DNA of 59,637 nt from Chthoniobacteraceae bacterium (GCA_031409335.1 JANNWY010000037.1:1-59637); one strand, 5' to 3'. Shown: positions 42,601-53,602, counted from the first letter of the stretch. Notes: generated by a model from the letters alone, not told the origin. A program made the numbers and translations.

Positions 42601-45600
42601 AATGGCGGTGCCCGGGATCCCGCGGCCAGCGTCAGCGCGGCGGGTGATGTGAATGGCGACGGCCTCGGCGATTTGCTCATCGCCTCGGCTTTCGTGGTCT
42701 TTGGCAAGGCCGGCAACACCTTTGGCGCGACCGTGAATCTGGCGGCGCTCACGGGCGCGAACGGCTTTCGCATCGACGTGAAGAACGTGGACGTCTCCCG
42801 CCAAAACTTGAGTGCCGCGGGCGACGTGAATGGCGACGGTTTCGACGATGTGCTCCTCGGCGCGCCCCGCACCGACTCGCGGGGCAGGGAAAGCGGCGAG
42901 GCTTACATCATCTACGGGGCTCCCGGGTTTGGTGCCGTGTTCAATCTCGCGGGGCTCGACGGAAAAAATGGCTTCGCGCTGCTCGGCGACCTTCCCTTCG
43001 CCCGCGCCGGAGCGACCGTGAGCAACGCGTGCGATGTGAATGGCGACGGCTTCGACGATGTGCTCGTCGGCAGCTACGGCCCGCTCTCCGGCGGAAATGC
43101 GTCGGGCCGCGACTATCTCATCTTCGGCTTCGACAGCGGCGCGGTGACGCAGCGCGGCGATGCGGGTGCGAACACACTGACTGCGACGGCGGGACGCGAT
43201 GTGATCGTGGCCGGGCAGGGCAATGACACGGTGCTCGACGCGGGCTTCGGCGATGTGCTGCGCGGCGGGCAGGGCGACGATAATTTCTCGCTCACGAGCG
43301 GCCCGTTGAAGCGCATCGTCGGCGGGCACGGCTTCGACACGCTCGCGCTCAATGGCGGGCTGCTGCTCGATCTCACCGCGCGCCCCGTCTATCGCATCAA
43401 CGGATTCGAGCAGATCGATCTGCGCGCCGGCGCGAACAGCCTCTCGCTCGACGCGCGGTCGCTGCTGAATTTTTCGCCCGACACGAACACCCTCATCGTC
43501 CGCGCCAATGCCGACGACATCGTGAACATCGGCAAGCCCTCCGACTGGACCGCGCTCGGCACCGAAGTCATCGACGGCGACACCTTCACCGTGCTCCAGC
43601 AAGGGCAGGCGATTTTGAAAGTGAGCAGCTTCATCGCGCCGGTCGTGACGCTCGTGAATCCGACCACCGCGACCTACACCGACGTGGACGGCGATCTCGT
43701 GACGATCAAGACCAGCAAAGGAACGCTGGGCCTCTCGGACTTTTTTCTTTTCAGCTCCGGCGCGGTCGGCGGCGCGCAACTCGCGGCGGTGAACTTCGAG
43801 GATGACGGCGCGGAATTTCGCAACGCGGACCTCACGATCACCGCCGCGCGCACGGCCATCGGCGGCGATGGGCGCGTGAATGTGGGGCGCATCGACGCGA
43901 CCGGCGTCGATCTCCGAAACGTGAGCGTCGAGGGCGATCTGCGCGCGATTTTTGCGGGCGATGCGAACCTCGTCACCACCGGACTCGCGGCGCTGACGAT
44001 CGGCTCGATGGGCCGCCTGGGCTTGTCCACGCAAGGCGGGAGCGGCTTTGGCTTCAGCACCGTGCAGGGTGAACTGGGCGCGCTGAATATCGGGAGCGAT
44101 CTCGTGAGTGCGCCGATCAATGTTTCGGTTGGCGCGGGGAAACTCGGGTTCGGCGCGGTGAACATCGGCGGTTCGATTCTCGGCGGTGTCGAAATTTTCA
44201 CCGGGCTGACCACCGACGGCGCGGCGGGGGCGATCGTGATCGGGCAGGACATTCGCGGCGGGACCGGAGAAAGCACGGGCCGGATTTTCGTCGGCGGAAA
44301 TATCGCGAGCCTCACCGTCGGCGGCTCGGTGGTCGGCGGCAGCGGCGCGTTCAGCGGCGCGGTTTTTTCACAAGGCACCATCGGCGCGGTGAAGATTGGT
44401 GGCGACCTGGATTCCAGCATCATCGCGGCGCGCAACGGCGTCGCGTCGGCCAGCATCGCGGGCAGCGTTTTGAATTCGCGCATCCTCGCCGGCTACGACT
44501 CGTCGATCGCGCCGGTGAATGCCGACGCCACCATCGGCGCGGTCGCGGTCGCGGGCGATTGGGTCGCGAGCAGCCTCGTGGCGGGCGCGATGTCCACCGA
44601 TGCGTTTTTTGGAAATGGCGGGGACGCGCTCATCGCGGGCGGCGATCCCGCGAAGGTCGCGACAATCGCGAGCATCGCCATCGCGGGGCAGGTGCTCGGC
44701 ACCGTCGGCGGCGCGGATTTTTACGGATTCGTCGCCGAGCGCATCGTCAGCTTCTCGGTCGGCGGCACCGCCTTCCCGCTGACCGCCGGACGCTCGAACG
44801 ACCTCGCGGGCCTCGATGTCGGCGCGACTTTCGATGTGAAAGTGCGCGAGGTGAACGGCACCGCGTCGCCCGCCGTGTCGAGCGATCCCGGCGCGTCCGG
44901 CTTCCCGCTCGGCTCGCTCGATGGCACGAACGGCTTCCGTTTCAACGGCACTCCCACCGACTTCGACTTGGGTCGCGGCGTCGCCGCCGCGGGCGATGTG
45001 AATGGCGATGGGTTCGGCGATTTCATCGTCGGCGCACCCGGCGGAAATACCGTCGCCGGGATCGCTTTCGGCGAAGCCTACGTCGTCTTCGGTCGCGCGG
45101 GCGGCGCGCCGCCGGTGCTCGCCACCACCGCGCTCGATGGCACGAACGGCTTCCGCATCAATGACAGCGTGCCGGACGGAACTGGCGGCCCGCAGCTCGG
45201 CCTCGCGGTCGGCGGCGCGGGCGATGTGAATGGCGACGGCTTTGACGATGTGATTGTCGGCGAGATCGCGAGCGGCGGTCTCTCCGGCACGCGCGAGGCG
45301 GCGTTCGTGATTTTTGGCAAAGCGTCCGCCTTCACCGCGACCGTGGATGTGAATGCGCTGAACGGCGCAAACGGTTTCACCCTCACGCGCCCGCTCGCCG
45401 TCGATCCGAGTTCCAGCACCTTCTTCCGCATGAGCACGAGCGGCGTCGGCGACTTGAACCAGGACGGCTTCGACGACATCGCGATCGGCGCGGTGAACGC
45501 GGATTTCACCGCGCAAAATGCGGGCGCGCTCTTCGTCTATTTTGGAAAGGCGATATCACCCGCGAACGTCGATCTCACCACGCTCAATGGCACGAACGGC

Positions 45601-47632
45601 TTCCGCTTCGATGGCGCGACGGCGTTCGCGAATCTCGGCTACTCGGTGAGCCCCGCGGGCGATGTGAATGGCGACGGTTTCGACGACCTCATCGCCGGCG
45701 CGAACCGCGCAAAAGTCGGCGCATCCTCGGACGGCGCGGCCTACGTCATCTTCGGAAAAAACACGGCCTTCCCCACGAGCTTCAACCCCGCGGCGCTCGA
45801 TGGCGCGAACGGTTTTCGGATCCCCGGAATCGCCGACCGCGCCGATACCGGCAACCTCGTGAGCGGTGGCGGCGATGTGAACGGCGACGGTTTTTCGGAC
45901 ATCGTGATCGGCGCGCCGCATGCCGGACCGGGCTCCAATTTCACGGCGAGAGCTACGTGGTCTTCGGCAAAAAACCAGCGTCAGCGGAAATTTCCCCGCC
46001 GACTTTTCGCTCGCATCGCTCAATGGCGCGAACGGTTTCAAGATCACCGGCGAGAGCGAATACGACTACGCCGGGCGCGGGGTCATCGCTGGCGATGTGA
46101 ATGGCGACGGCCTCGCGGACATCCTCATCGGCGCGCCGGGGCTCGATGGGAAAAACGAATTCAAGGGCGGCGGCTACGTCGTCTATGGCCGCGCGACGAT
46201 GCCCGCGAATGTCGCGCTCGCCACGCTCACCAGCGCGCAAGGCTTCAAGCTCCTTGGCCCGGAGTTGCTCGACCAGGTGGGCAAGTCCGTGAGCGGCGCG
46301 GGCGACTTCAACGGCGACGGACGCGCCGACCTACTCTTCGGCGCATCGTTCGCGACGCCGAACGCGACCGGCAGCGGCTCCGTCTTCCTCGTGCTCGACG
46401 CCGCGACCACCGGCCCGCAGGCAGCGCTTTCGCCCGACGGAAAAACCGCCGTCTTCACCGACGTGGACGGCGACCGCGTGAAAATCACGACGACACGCGG
46501 AGCGTTCGTGCAAAGCGATTTCACGCTCCTCCGCGCGGGAAAAGTGGGCGGCGCGCAACTGCAAACGCTCGACCTCACCGGCCTCGCACACGCTGCGTTC
46601 GCGGGCGCAAACATTTCCCTCACCGCCACGCGCAGCGCGGTCGGCGGCGATGGTTTTGTGAACCTCGGCCACCTCAATGCGACCGGCACCGATCTCGGCG
46701 CGGTGCGCATCGAAGGCGACCTCGGCCAGATCGACGCGGGCAATCCGCTGCTCGCCGCGCCGGCACTGGCGGGCCTCGCCGTGCAATCGCTCGGCCGCCT
46801 CGGCACGAGCACGCAGGCGGCGGGCGGTTCGCTGGAAAGCGACATCGCGGGGCAACTCGGCGGGCTGCTCGTGAAGTCGGATGTCGTCGGCGCGTTCGTC
46901 ACGACTACGGACCTCGGCGCGATCACCATCGGCGGCGCACTGCGCGGCGGCGCGGCGGCAAATAGCGGCTCGCTTTTCGCGGCGGGCGACATCGGCGTGG
47001 TGCGCATCGGGCAGGGCATCATCGGCGGTGGCGGCGCGCATTCCGGCAGCATCGAGGCCGGCGGCGCGATCGCGAAAATCACGCTCGGAAATTCCATCCG
47101 CAGCGGCAGCCTGCTCGCCGGGACAAAGATCGGCGCGATCGACATCGGCGGCGACGCGTTTGGCGCGCGCATTTTCGCAAAAGGCAACCTGCTCCCGGTG
47201 AACGATGCGCGAGCCGTGGCGATCGACAGCCTCGTGGTCCGCGGCTCCGTGCAGAGCAGCGTGATTTTCGCCGGCTACGATCGCGACGGCGCTGCCGCAA
47301 ATCCCGACGCGCAGATCGGTGGAGTCGTCGTGACGCAGGATTGGATCGCCAGCGATCTCGTCGCCGGCGCGATCGCGACCGATCCATTTTTCGGCAACGG
47401 CAACGACGTCTCAATCAGCGGTGGCAACGCCATCGTCTCGCGCATCGCCAGCATCCTCATCCGCGGCCAGGCGCTCGGCACAGTGCTCCCCGGCGAACAC
47501 TTTGGCTTCATCGCGCAGGCGATCGGCACCTTCACGATCGGCACCACCGCCTTTCCCCTCACGCCGGGTGCGGGAAATGATCCCGGCCTCGCCGTCGGTG
47601 CGATGGGAGATTTGCGGATCGGCGAAGTGTGA
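39688..47632 (+). CDS. Giant FG-GAP (integrin-alpha-like) / RTX-repeat extracellular protein with LEPR-XLL-like N-terminal motif (~2648 aa; two 1-nt lesions at ~45944 and 45969-45974)
   Basis: IEPLESRIAPA motif; 21 GDxNGDG-type repeats in three sets of seven; GGxGxD nonapeptides; duplicated ~400 aa TDVDGD domain. The third-frame peptide GESYVVFGK bridges ORFs 39646.. and 45920... Confidence 0.87.
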
Positions 47633-47633
47633 A

Positions 47634-48521
47634 TCAGCAGCTAGCGACCTGCCGCCGGAAATCGCTGGGCGACTGGCCGGCGATGCGGCGAAACATGCGG
47701 TTGAAATGCGTGAGCGATGCGAAGCCAGCCTCGTAGGCGATTTCCGTGATGCGCGCCTGCGGATTCGCCAGCAGCTTTTTCGCTTTCGCGATGCGGACCA
47801 TCGAGAGGTATTGGGTGAAAGTCATGCCGGTGGCGCGCTTGAAGGTCTTGCAAAAGTGGAAGGTGCTCGTGTGAACGCCGCGCGCGATTTCGGCGAGGGT
47901 GAGCGGGTCGCCGCTGCGCGCTTCGATGATTTGCCGGGCGCGCTCGACCATGGGCGGCTCGGCGTGGGCCTGCTGCGTGGCGATCTGCTCCGCGGCGATG
48001 GCGAGGTGCTGAGCAAAGACTTCGAGCAGGCGCAGGACGGCGTCATATTGTTTTCGCGCGATCACCCGCGTGCCGAAATACGCCGTTTCCAGCGTCCCCC
48101 AATCGACGTCGGCACCGCCCTTTTTCAAGAACGCGGTGACCCGGCGGAAGTCCGCGGGCGTGAGCTTTTTCAACGCCACCTGCCCGGTCTGGAGAAAGCC
48201 GAGCACTTGGTCTCCGACGCGCACCGGCACGGCGGAATCGGTGAGCCCGGCGATGCACGCGGCGGTTTGCGTTGCTCCGTCGATGCCGGTGGCGGCGAGC
48301 TTTTCCTGCATGTCCACGCACATGCGGCATCCTGGTTCGCTCTCGGCCATGTGGTTGCAAAACTCGTTGGTTGCCGCGCTGCCGCGCATTCCAGGGCGTT
48401 TCTTTCCGGCCGGCGCGAAAGTCAGCGGCAGACCCGTCGCCTCGGCAAACGCGCGCTCGTAGTCGCGCAGGATGTGCGACTGCGAGAGTTTTTCGGAGAT
48501 CGTGCCGGGCTGGGAATTCAT
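47634..48521 (-). CDS. AraC-family regulator with PocR-like sensor domain
   Basis: YERAFAEATGLPL, NEFC...GCRMC, CIAGLTDSAVPVRVG..VLGFLQTGQV. C-terminal HTH: HFCKTFKRATG, ITEIAYEAGFASLTHFNRMFRR. Divergent from the cco operon; start uncertain (48521 or 48536). Confidence 0.9.
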   Translation of the reverse strand: MNSQPGTISEKLSQSHILRDYERAFAEATGLPLTFAPAGKKRPGMRGSAATNEFCNHMAESEPGCRMCVDMQEKLAATGIDGATQTAACIAGLTDSAVPVRVGDQVLGFLQTGQVALKKLTPADFRRVTAFLKKGGADVDWGTLETAYFGTRVIARKQYDAVLRLLEVFAQHLAIAAEQIATQQAHAEPPMVERARQIIEARSGDPLTLAEIARGVHTSTFHFCKTFKRATGMTFTQYLSMVRIAKAKKLLANPQARITEIAYEAGFASLTHFNRMFRRIAGQSPSDFRRQVASC

Positions 48522-48632
48522 CACGAGGCAATGCATATCAGCACGCGCGAACCACAGCAACGCAACCGAGGGTGATTCTTGCCCAAGCGAGGGAGAGCGC
48601 GCGGCGCGGCGCGGCGGCAAGGTGCGCCCGTG

Positions 48633-48848
48633 ATGGAAACACATGCAGTCGAATCCGAGCGCGACACCGGCCCTTGTGGCCGGTGCGCACAATGCCGCTG
48701 TGGTGAAAAAAGCGCGGCTCCACCTGAGATCGAGGCGGCATTCCGTGCCGTTCACGCGACCGTGTCGCCTTCCGTTTCCATCACAGCGATGCCCGTTGTG
48801 AGCGGTGCGGAATCCCGTCTCTATCCGGTGGCCGGAGCAGACGCATGA
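48633..48848 (+). CDS. Possible small Cys-rich protein (71 aa, CGRCAQCRC)
   Basis: ATG 48633; its TGA overlaps the ccoS ATG (ATGA), like other junctions in the operon. Confidence 0.4.
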   Translation: METHAVESERDTGPCGRCAQCRCGEKSAAPPEIEAAFRAVHATVSPSVSITAMPVVSGAESRLYPVAGADA

Positions 48849-49006
48849 ATGTCATCGCACTGACCATATTCGTCGGCCTCATCCTCGTGGGTTTCTTCGT
48901 GATCCTGTGGATCGCCTCGGCGTGCGACCCGCGCAGCTTCAACGAACGCGACGCGCTGCTCCCCCTGGAACCCGACTCACCATCTTCCAGCAAGACCAAC
49001 CCATGA
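48845..49006 (+). CDS. ccoS: CcoS-like cbb3 oxidase maturation protein (53 aa)
   Basis: Read manually: [44 protein letters not shown]...; single TM helix, ATGA overlap with ccoN. Below the ORF-track cutoff. Confidence 0.7.
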   Translation: MNVIALTIFVGLILVGFFVILWIASACDPRSFNERDALLPLEPDSPSSSKTNP

Positions 49007-51327
49007 GCACCCTGCCCGCAGCCACGAAAACTCGCATCGAATACGACGACACACCCGTCCGCCAGTTCATGGTGGCATCCATCTTCTGGGGGATTGTGGG
49101 AATGCTCGTCGGCGTCCTCATCGCCGTGCAACTCGGTGTCTGGCAGGCAAACTTTAACACGTCATGGCTGACCTTTGGCCGGCTCCGTCCCTTGCACACG
49201 AATGCAGTCATCTTCGCATTCGTGGGTAACATGATGTTCGCGGGCATCTATTACTCGACGCAGCGATTGGTGAAGGCGCGAACCGCTTCCGGTCTCCTAT
49301 CCGCGATCCACTTCTGGGGATGGCAGGCGATCATCGTTGCCGCAGCCATCACGCTCCCGCTTGGACTTACTCGCGGAAAGGAATACGCCGAGCTAATCTG
49401 GCCGATCAATATCGCGGTCGCGCTGATCTGGGTGGTCTTTGCGATCAACTTTTTCTGGACGATCGCGCGCCGGAACGAGCCCAGCCTTTACGTGGCCATC
49501 TGGTTCTATATCGCGACGATTATCACCGTGGCGATGCTCTACATCGTCAATCATCTGTCCATCCCGACTAGCTGGACACATAGCTATCCGATCTTCGGCG
49601 GCGTGCAGGATGCGCTGGTCCAGTGGTGGTATGGGCATAACGCCGTCGCCTTCTTCCTCACCACGCCGATCCTCGGCATCATGTATTACTGTCTGCCCAA
49701 GGCGGCGGAGCGGCCGGTGTATAGCTATCGGCTTTCGATCGTTCACTTCTGGTCGCTGGTCTTCATCTATATCTGGGCGGGGCCGCATCATTTGCTGAAT
49801 ACCTCGCTGCCCGTGTGGCTTCAGTCTCTGGGAATGATCTTCTCGCTCATGCTCTGGGCACCGAGCTGGGGCGGGATGCTGAATGGGCTGCTCACTCTGC
49901 GCGGTGCCTGGCACAAGTTGCGCACCGAGCCTGTGCTCAAGTTCTACGTGGCTGCCGTCACCTTCTATGGCATGGCGACCTTCGAGGGGCCGCTGCTCTC
50001 GATTCGCTCCGTGAATGCGCTCTCGCACTACACCGACTGAGGCATCGCCCACGTCCATGGCGGCGCGCTGGGATGGAATGGGTTCATGGCGGCGGGAATG
50101 TTCTACTGGCTGGCTCCGCGCTTGTGGAAACGTCCGCTGCATTCGCAAAGCGCGGCGAACATGCACTTCTGGCTAGGGACCGTCGGCATCCTGATCTACA
50201 TGGCTTCGATGTATGTCTCGGGCATCCTGCAAGGCTTGATGCTCAGCGCGACCAAGGACGCCGGCACGGTGCTGGCCTATCCAAACTTCATCGAAGCCGT
50301 GACCTCAACGAAAATGCTGATGCACGTCCGCGCGCTCGGCGGACTCATGTATCTCGTGGGCTTCTGCATCCTCGCGTGGAATATCTGGAAGACTGCCAAA
50401 GGCGCGGAAACGGTGAATGCCGGCGTGGAAGTCTATGTGCCGGAGAAGCCGGTCAACATGGGTCTGGTCGGTGGCTTCCTGAATGCGCCGGTTATCTATA
50501 CCGTGTTGCTGATGATCTTCATCTCAGGCTGGGCTGCTCTGCCGCGGCTGGGTAGCGCCTTCTGCATCATTGCCATCCTGGCGACTTGCATGGCGATGAG
50601 CATGAACATCGAGTTCTCCAAAAAAGGCTGGGGTGATTGGTATGAGCGGCTGCTGGCGAATGCCCTGCCTTTCACCGCGCTCACGGCGGCGGCGGCTTTC
50701 ATCGGCGGCCTCGTCCAGATCATCCCGACGGTGATGGTGAATACCGGCGCAAGCATCGAAGGGATCCGTCAGATTCCTTACACGCCGCTCGAGCTGGCAG
50801 GTCGCGACATCTATGTCCGCGAAGGCTGCTACAACTGTCACTCGCAGCAAATCCGCACCCTCGTCGGCGATGTGCTGCGCTACGGCGACTACTCCAAGAT
50901 CGGTGAAAGCATCTACGATCATCCCTACCAATGGGGCTCGAAGCGCACCGGCCCGGACCTCGCCCGGCAAGGCGGAAAGTATCCGAATTCCTGGCACTAC
51001 TTCCACATGCGCGACCCACGCCAGATCAGCCCCGGCTCGACCATGCCCGACTATCCGTGGCTTTTCACCGACAAGACCGACACCCTCGCCCTGCCAAACA
51101 AGCTCTCCGTCCAGCGCAAGATCGGCGTGCCTTTCCCACCCATGACCGAAGCCGAAATCCAGCAAGCCTGCGACACGCAGTCTGCCGCGATTTCCACCGA
51201 TCTGAAGACTGCCGGGGCCGAAGTCGCGCCGAATCGCGAGATCGTCGCGCTGATCGCCTATCTCCAAAAACTCGGCAAAGCCGAACAGGTCACACCCGCC
51301 GCAGCTCAGAAAACCGCCGCTAACTAA
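49003..51327 (+). CDS. ccoN: Fused cbb3-type cytochrome c oxidase subunits I/II (CcoNO); in-frame TGA at 50038-50040
   Basis: [45 protein letters not shown], then CcoO motifs [10 protein letters not shown] and [12 protein letters not shown] in the same frame. Confidence 0.93.
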
Positions 51328-51335
51328 TACCCATC

Positions 51336-51503
51336 ATGTTCCAGCGAATCGTCGTCGAAGAATGGCAGCGCGCCCTCAGCGTCATGAGCATCGTGCTCTT
51401 CTTCTCCGTCTTCATCATCCACACGATCCGGGTCCGCCGCATGTCGCGCGAGACCGTCGCGCACCTGGAAAATCTTCCACTCGAAAAGGACGACCATGCC
51501 TGA
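51336..51503 (+). CDS. ccoQ: CcoQ-like small subunit (55 aa)
   Basis: Read manually: MFQRIVVEEWQRALSVMSIVLFFSVFIIHTIRVRRMSRETVAHLENLPLEKDDHA; one TM helix plus LPLE tail, between ccoO and ccoP. Confidence 0.7.
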   Translation: MFQRIVVEEWQRALSVMSIVLFFSVFIIHTIRVRRMSRETVAHLENLPLEKDDHA

Positions 51504-52101
51504 CTCCACGCAACCATCCCACGACCCAGTCATCGACTGCGACCTGCGCGCGCATAGCTACGATGGCATCCAAGAATACGACAAACGCCTCCCGCGCTGG
51601 TGGCTGCTCACGCTCTACGGCGCGATGGTTTACGCCGTGCTTTACTGGTCCTACTACCATGCCTACAAGATCGGTGGGGAACCTGGACGCGCCCTTGAGT
51701 TGCAGATGGCGGAAAACGCCGAACGCGCACTCAAGAACTCCGGTGTCATCGACGACAGCGTCTTGTATCGGATGAGCCTCGATCCACAGGCACTCGCTGC
51801 CGGGAAAGTCACGTTTGATACTACGTGCGCCGCCTGCCACAAGCCGGACATGACGGGCCTGATCGGGCCGAACCTCGTGGACAACCAATGGATCCACGGC
51901 GGGAAACCGATGGATTCCGTCAAGGTCGTCGTGGAAGGCGTCCTCGCGAAAGGCATGCCCGCGTGGGGACCGGTGCTTGGGAAACAGAAGATCACGGAAG
52001 TCATTGCCTACATTTTCGCCAACCACAAACCGGGCGAGGAAGTCGTCGTCGTTCCCGGCTGGACGCCACCCGGCTTGCCGGCGCCCGCAGCTACGCCGTG
52101 A
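51496..52101 (+). CDS. ccoP: cbb3 oxidase subunit III (short mono-haem CcoP)
   Basis: HSYDGIQEYDKRLPRWW, single CAACH, GPNL.D..WIHGG, GMPAWG. Confidence 0.92.
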   Translation: MPDSTQPSHDPVIDCDLRAHSYDGIQEYDKRLPRWWLLTLYGAMVYAVLYWSYYHAYKIGGEPGRALELQMAENAERALKNSGVIDDSVLYRMSLDPQALAAGKVTFDTTCAACHKPDMTGLIGPNLVDNQWIHGGKPMDSVKVVVEGVLAKGMPAWGPVLGKQKITEVIAYIFANHKPGEEVVVVPGWTPPGLPAPAATP

Positions 52102-53480
52102 TCGAACCACCACCCCGCCCTTCGCTCGATTCCGTTGCGACGATCAACGACGACGGCTCGCGGCGGTTCATTCATCCGACGGAAATCACGGGCTTCTTCG
52201 CCCGCTGGCGCGCGCTCCTCGCCGTCGTGCTCACGGCGATTTACGTCGCGCTGCCGTGGATTCAGATCAATGGCAACCCGGCGCTTTTCCTCGATGTCGC
52301 GCACCGGCAATTCCACTACTTCGGCCTCACCTTTCTCGGGCAGGATGTGTGGATTGCATTCTTCGTGCTGACGGGCATCGGCTTCTGCCTGTTCTACGTC
52401 ACCGCGCTGCTCGGTCGCGTGTGGTGCGGCTGGGCCTGTCCGCAGACGGTCTTGCTCGACATCGCGCGCCGCATCGACCGCCTCTGCGAAGGCAACGCCG
52501 CGACCCGGCGCAATCTCCATCGCACGCCGTCCACGTTTGGGAAAAGCGTGCGCGTTTTCGCAAAGCACGCGCTCTACGCGCTTCTCGCGCTGCTCCTCGC
52601 GCACGTGCTGCTTTCCTACTTCGTCTCGCTGCCGCGGCTCTATGGAATGATGAGCCATTCGCCGGGAGAGAACTGGGGCTCGTTCGTCTTCGTCTTCGTC
52701 TTCGCCGCCGCGCTGTGGTTCGACCTCGCCTGGTTTCGCGAGCAATTTTGCATCGTGCTCTGTCCCTACGGACGCCTGCAATCGGCGCTCATCGACAGCG
52801 ATTCGCTGGTCGTCGGCTACGACACCAAACGCGGCGAGCCGCGCGGGAAAAAGGGCACGGAAGGAGCCGGCGATTGCGTGGATTGCCTGCGCTGCGTGCA
52901 AGTCTGCCCGACCGGCATCGACATCCGCCAGGGCCTGCAAATGGAGTGCATCGGCTGCACCGCATGCATCGACGCGTGCGACGATGTGATGACGAAAATC
53001 AAGCGCCCGCGCGGCCTTATCCGTTACGATTCGCGCCACGGATTTCAGGGAAAAGCCACCCGCTGGCTGCGTCCGCGCACCCTGCTCTACACTGCGCTCG
53101 CCCTGCTCGGCGCAGCCGCGCTCACCGCCGCGACCTCGACGCTAAAATCCGCCGCTGTCGGCCTCACCCGCGTCACCGGCATTCCCTACACGGTCGAAGG
53201 CGGCGTGGTGCGAAACCAGTTCCTCGTCCGTTTGCTGAACAAGCGAAACACCCCCGTCACCTTCCAAATCGAAATCGCGGGCGGCCCGCAAAGCCTGCAC
53301 TGGACAGGCGTGGAAGGCGGCGTCCCGGTCGCGGCTCTAGGCGAGGAAATGCGCACGCTCGTCCTCACGCTGCCGCGCGCGGATTTGAAAATGGAACTCC
53401 CGATCCGCTTCCGCATCACATCGGGCGACGGCACCGTCATCGAAAAACCGGCCACTTTCCTCGGCCCCGTGACCCAATGA
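52098..53480 (+). CDS. ccoG: Cytochrome c oxidase accessory protein CcoG
   Basis: GTG start overlapping the ccoP stop. GRVWCGWACPQT, REQFC..LCPYGRLQ, CVDCLRCVQVCPTGIDIR, CIGCTACIDAC. Confidence 0.95.
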   Translation: MIEPPPRPSLDSVATINDDGSRRFIHPTEITGFFARWRALLAVVLTAIYVALPWIQINGNPALFLDVAHRQFHYFGLTFLGQDVWIAFFVLTGIGFCLFYVTALLGRVWCGWACPQTVLLDIARRIDRLCEGNAATRRNLHRTPSTFGKSVRVFAKHALYALLALLLAHVLLSYFVSLPRLYGMMSHSPGENWGSFVFVFVFAAALWFDLAWFREQFCIVLCPYGRLQSALIDSDSLVVGYDTKRGEPRGKKGTEGAGDCVDCLRCVQVCPTGIDIRQGLQMECIGCTACIDACDDVMTKIKRPRGLIRYDSRHGFQGKATRWLRPRTLLYTALALLGAAALTAATSTLKSAAVGLTRVTGIPYTVEGGVVRNQFLVRLLNKRNTPVTFQIEIAGGPQSLHWTGVEGGVPVAALGEEMRTLVLTLPRADLKMELPIRFRITSGDGTVIEKPATFLGPVTQ

Positions 53481-53602
53481 AAAACCGTCCCTGGATCTGG
53501 ATCATCCTCGCGAACCTCGTCCTGATGGGCGGCATCGTGACGCTCGTTGTCATTGCCGTGAAACACCAGGAGCCATCCGTTCCCATCGAGCATGGACGCT
53601 AG
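53477..53602 (+). CDS. Small single-TM protein at the ccoH position (41 aa)
   Basis: MKNRPWIWIILANLVLMGGIVTLVVIAVKHQEPSVPIEHGR; ATGA overlap with ccoG; resembles a FixH/CcoH N-terminal anchor. Confidence 0.6.
   Translation: MKNRPWIWIILANLVLMGGIVTLVVIAVKHQEPSVPIEHGR

Noticed and set aside
39870..46330. Recurrent GGCGATGTGAATGGCGACGG sequence as a CRISPR array or DGR repeats
   Set aside because: These are coding FG-GAP repeats ~180-200 nt apart and in frame; no cas genes or reverse transcriptase present.
45945..46965. Arg-rich C-terminal tail of the 2439 aa ORF as a real domain
   Set aside because: Off-frame translation after the lesion; FG-GAP repeats continue in another frame.
51977..53476. 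541 aa ORF 51977..53602
   Set aside because: Off-frame overlap of ccoG; only its last 41 codons (from ATG 53477) look like a real gene.
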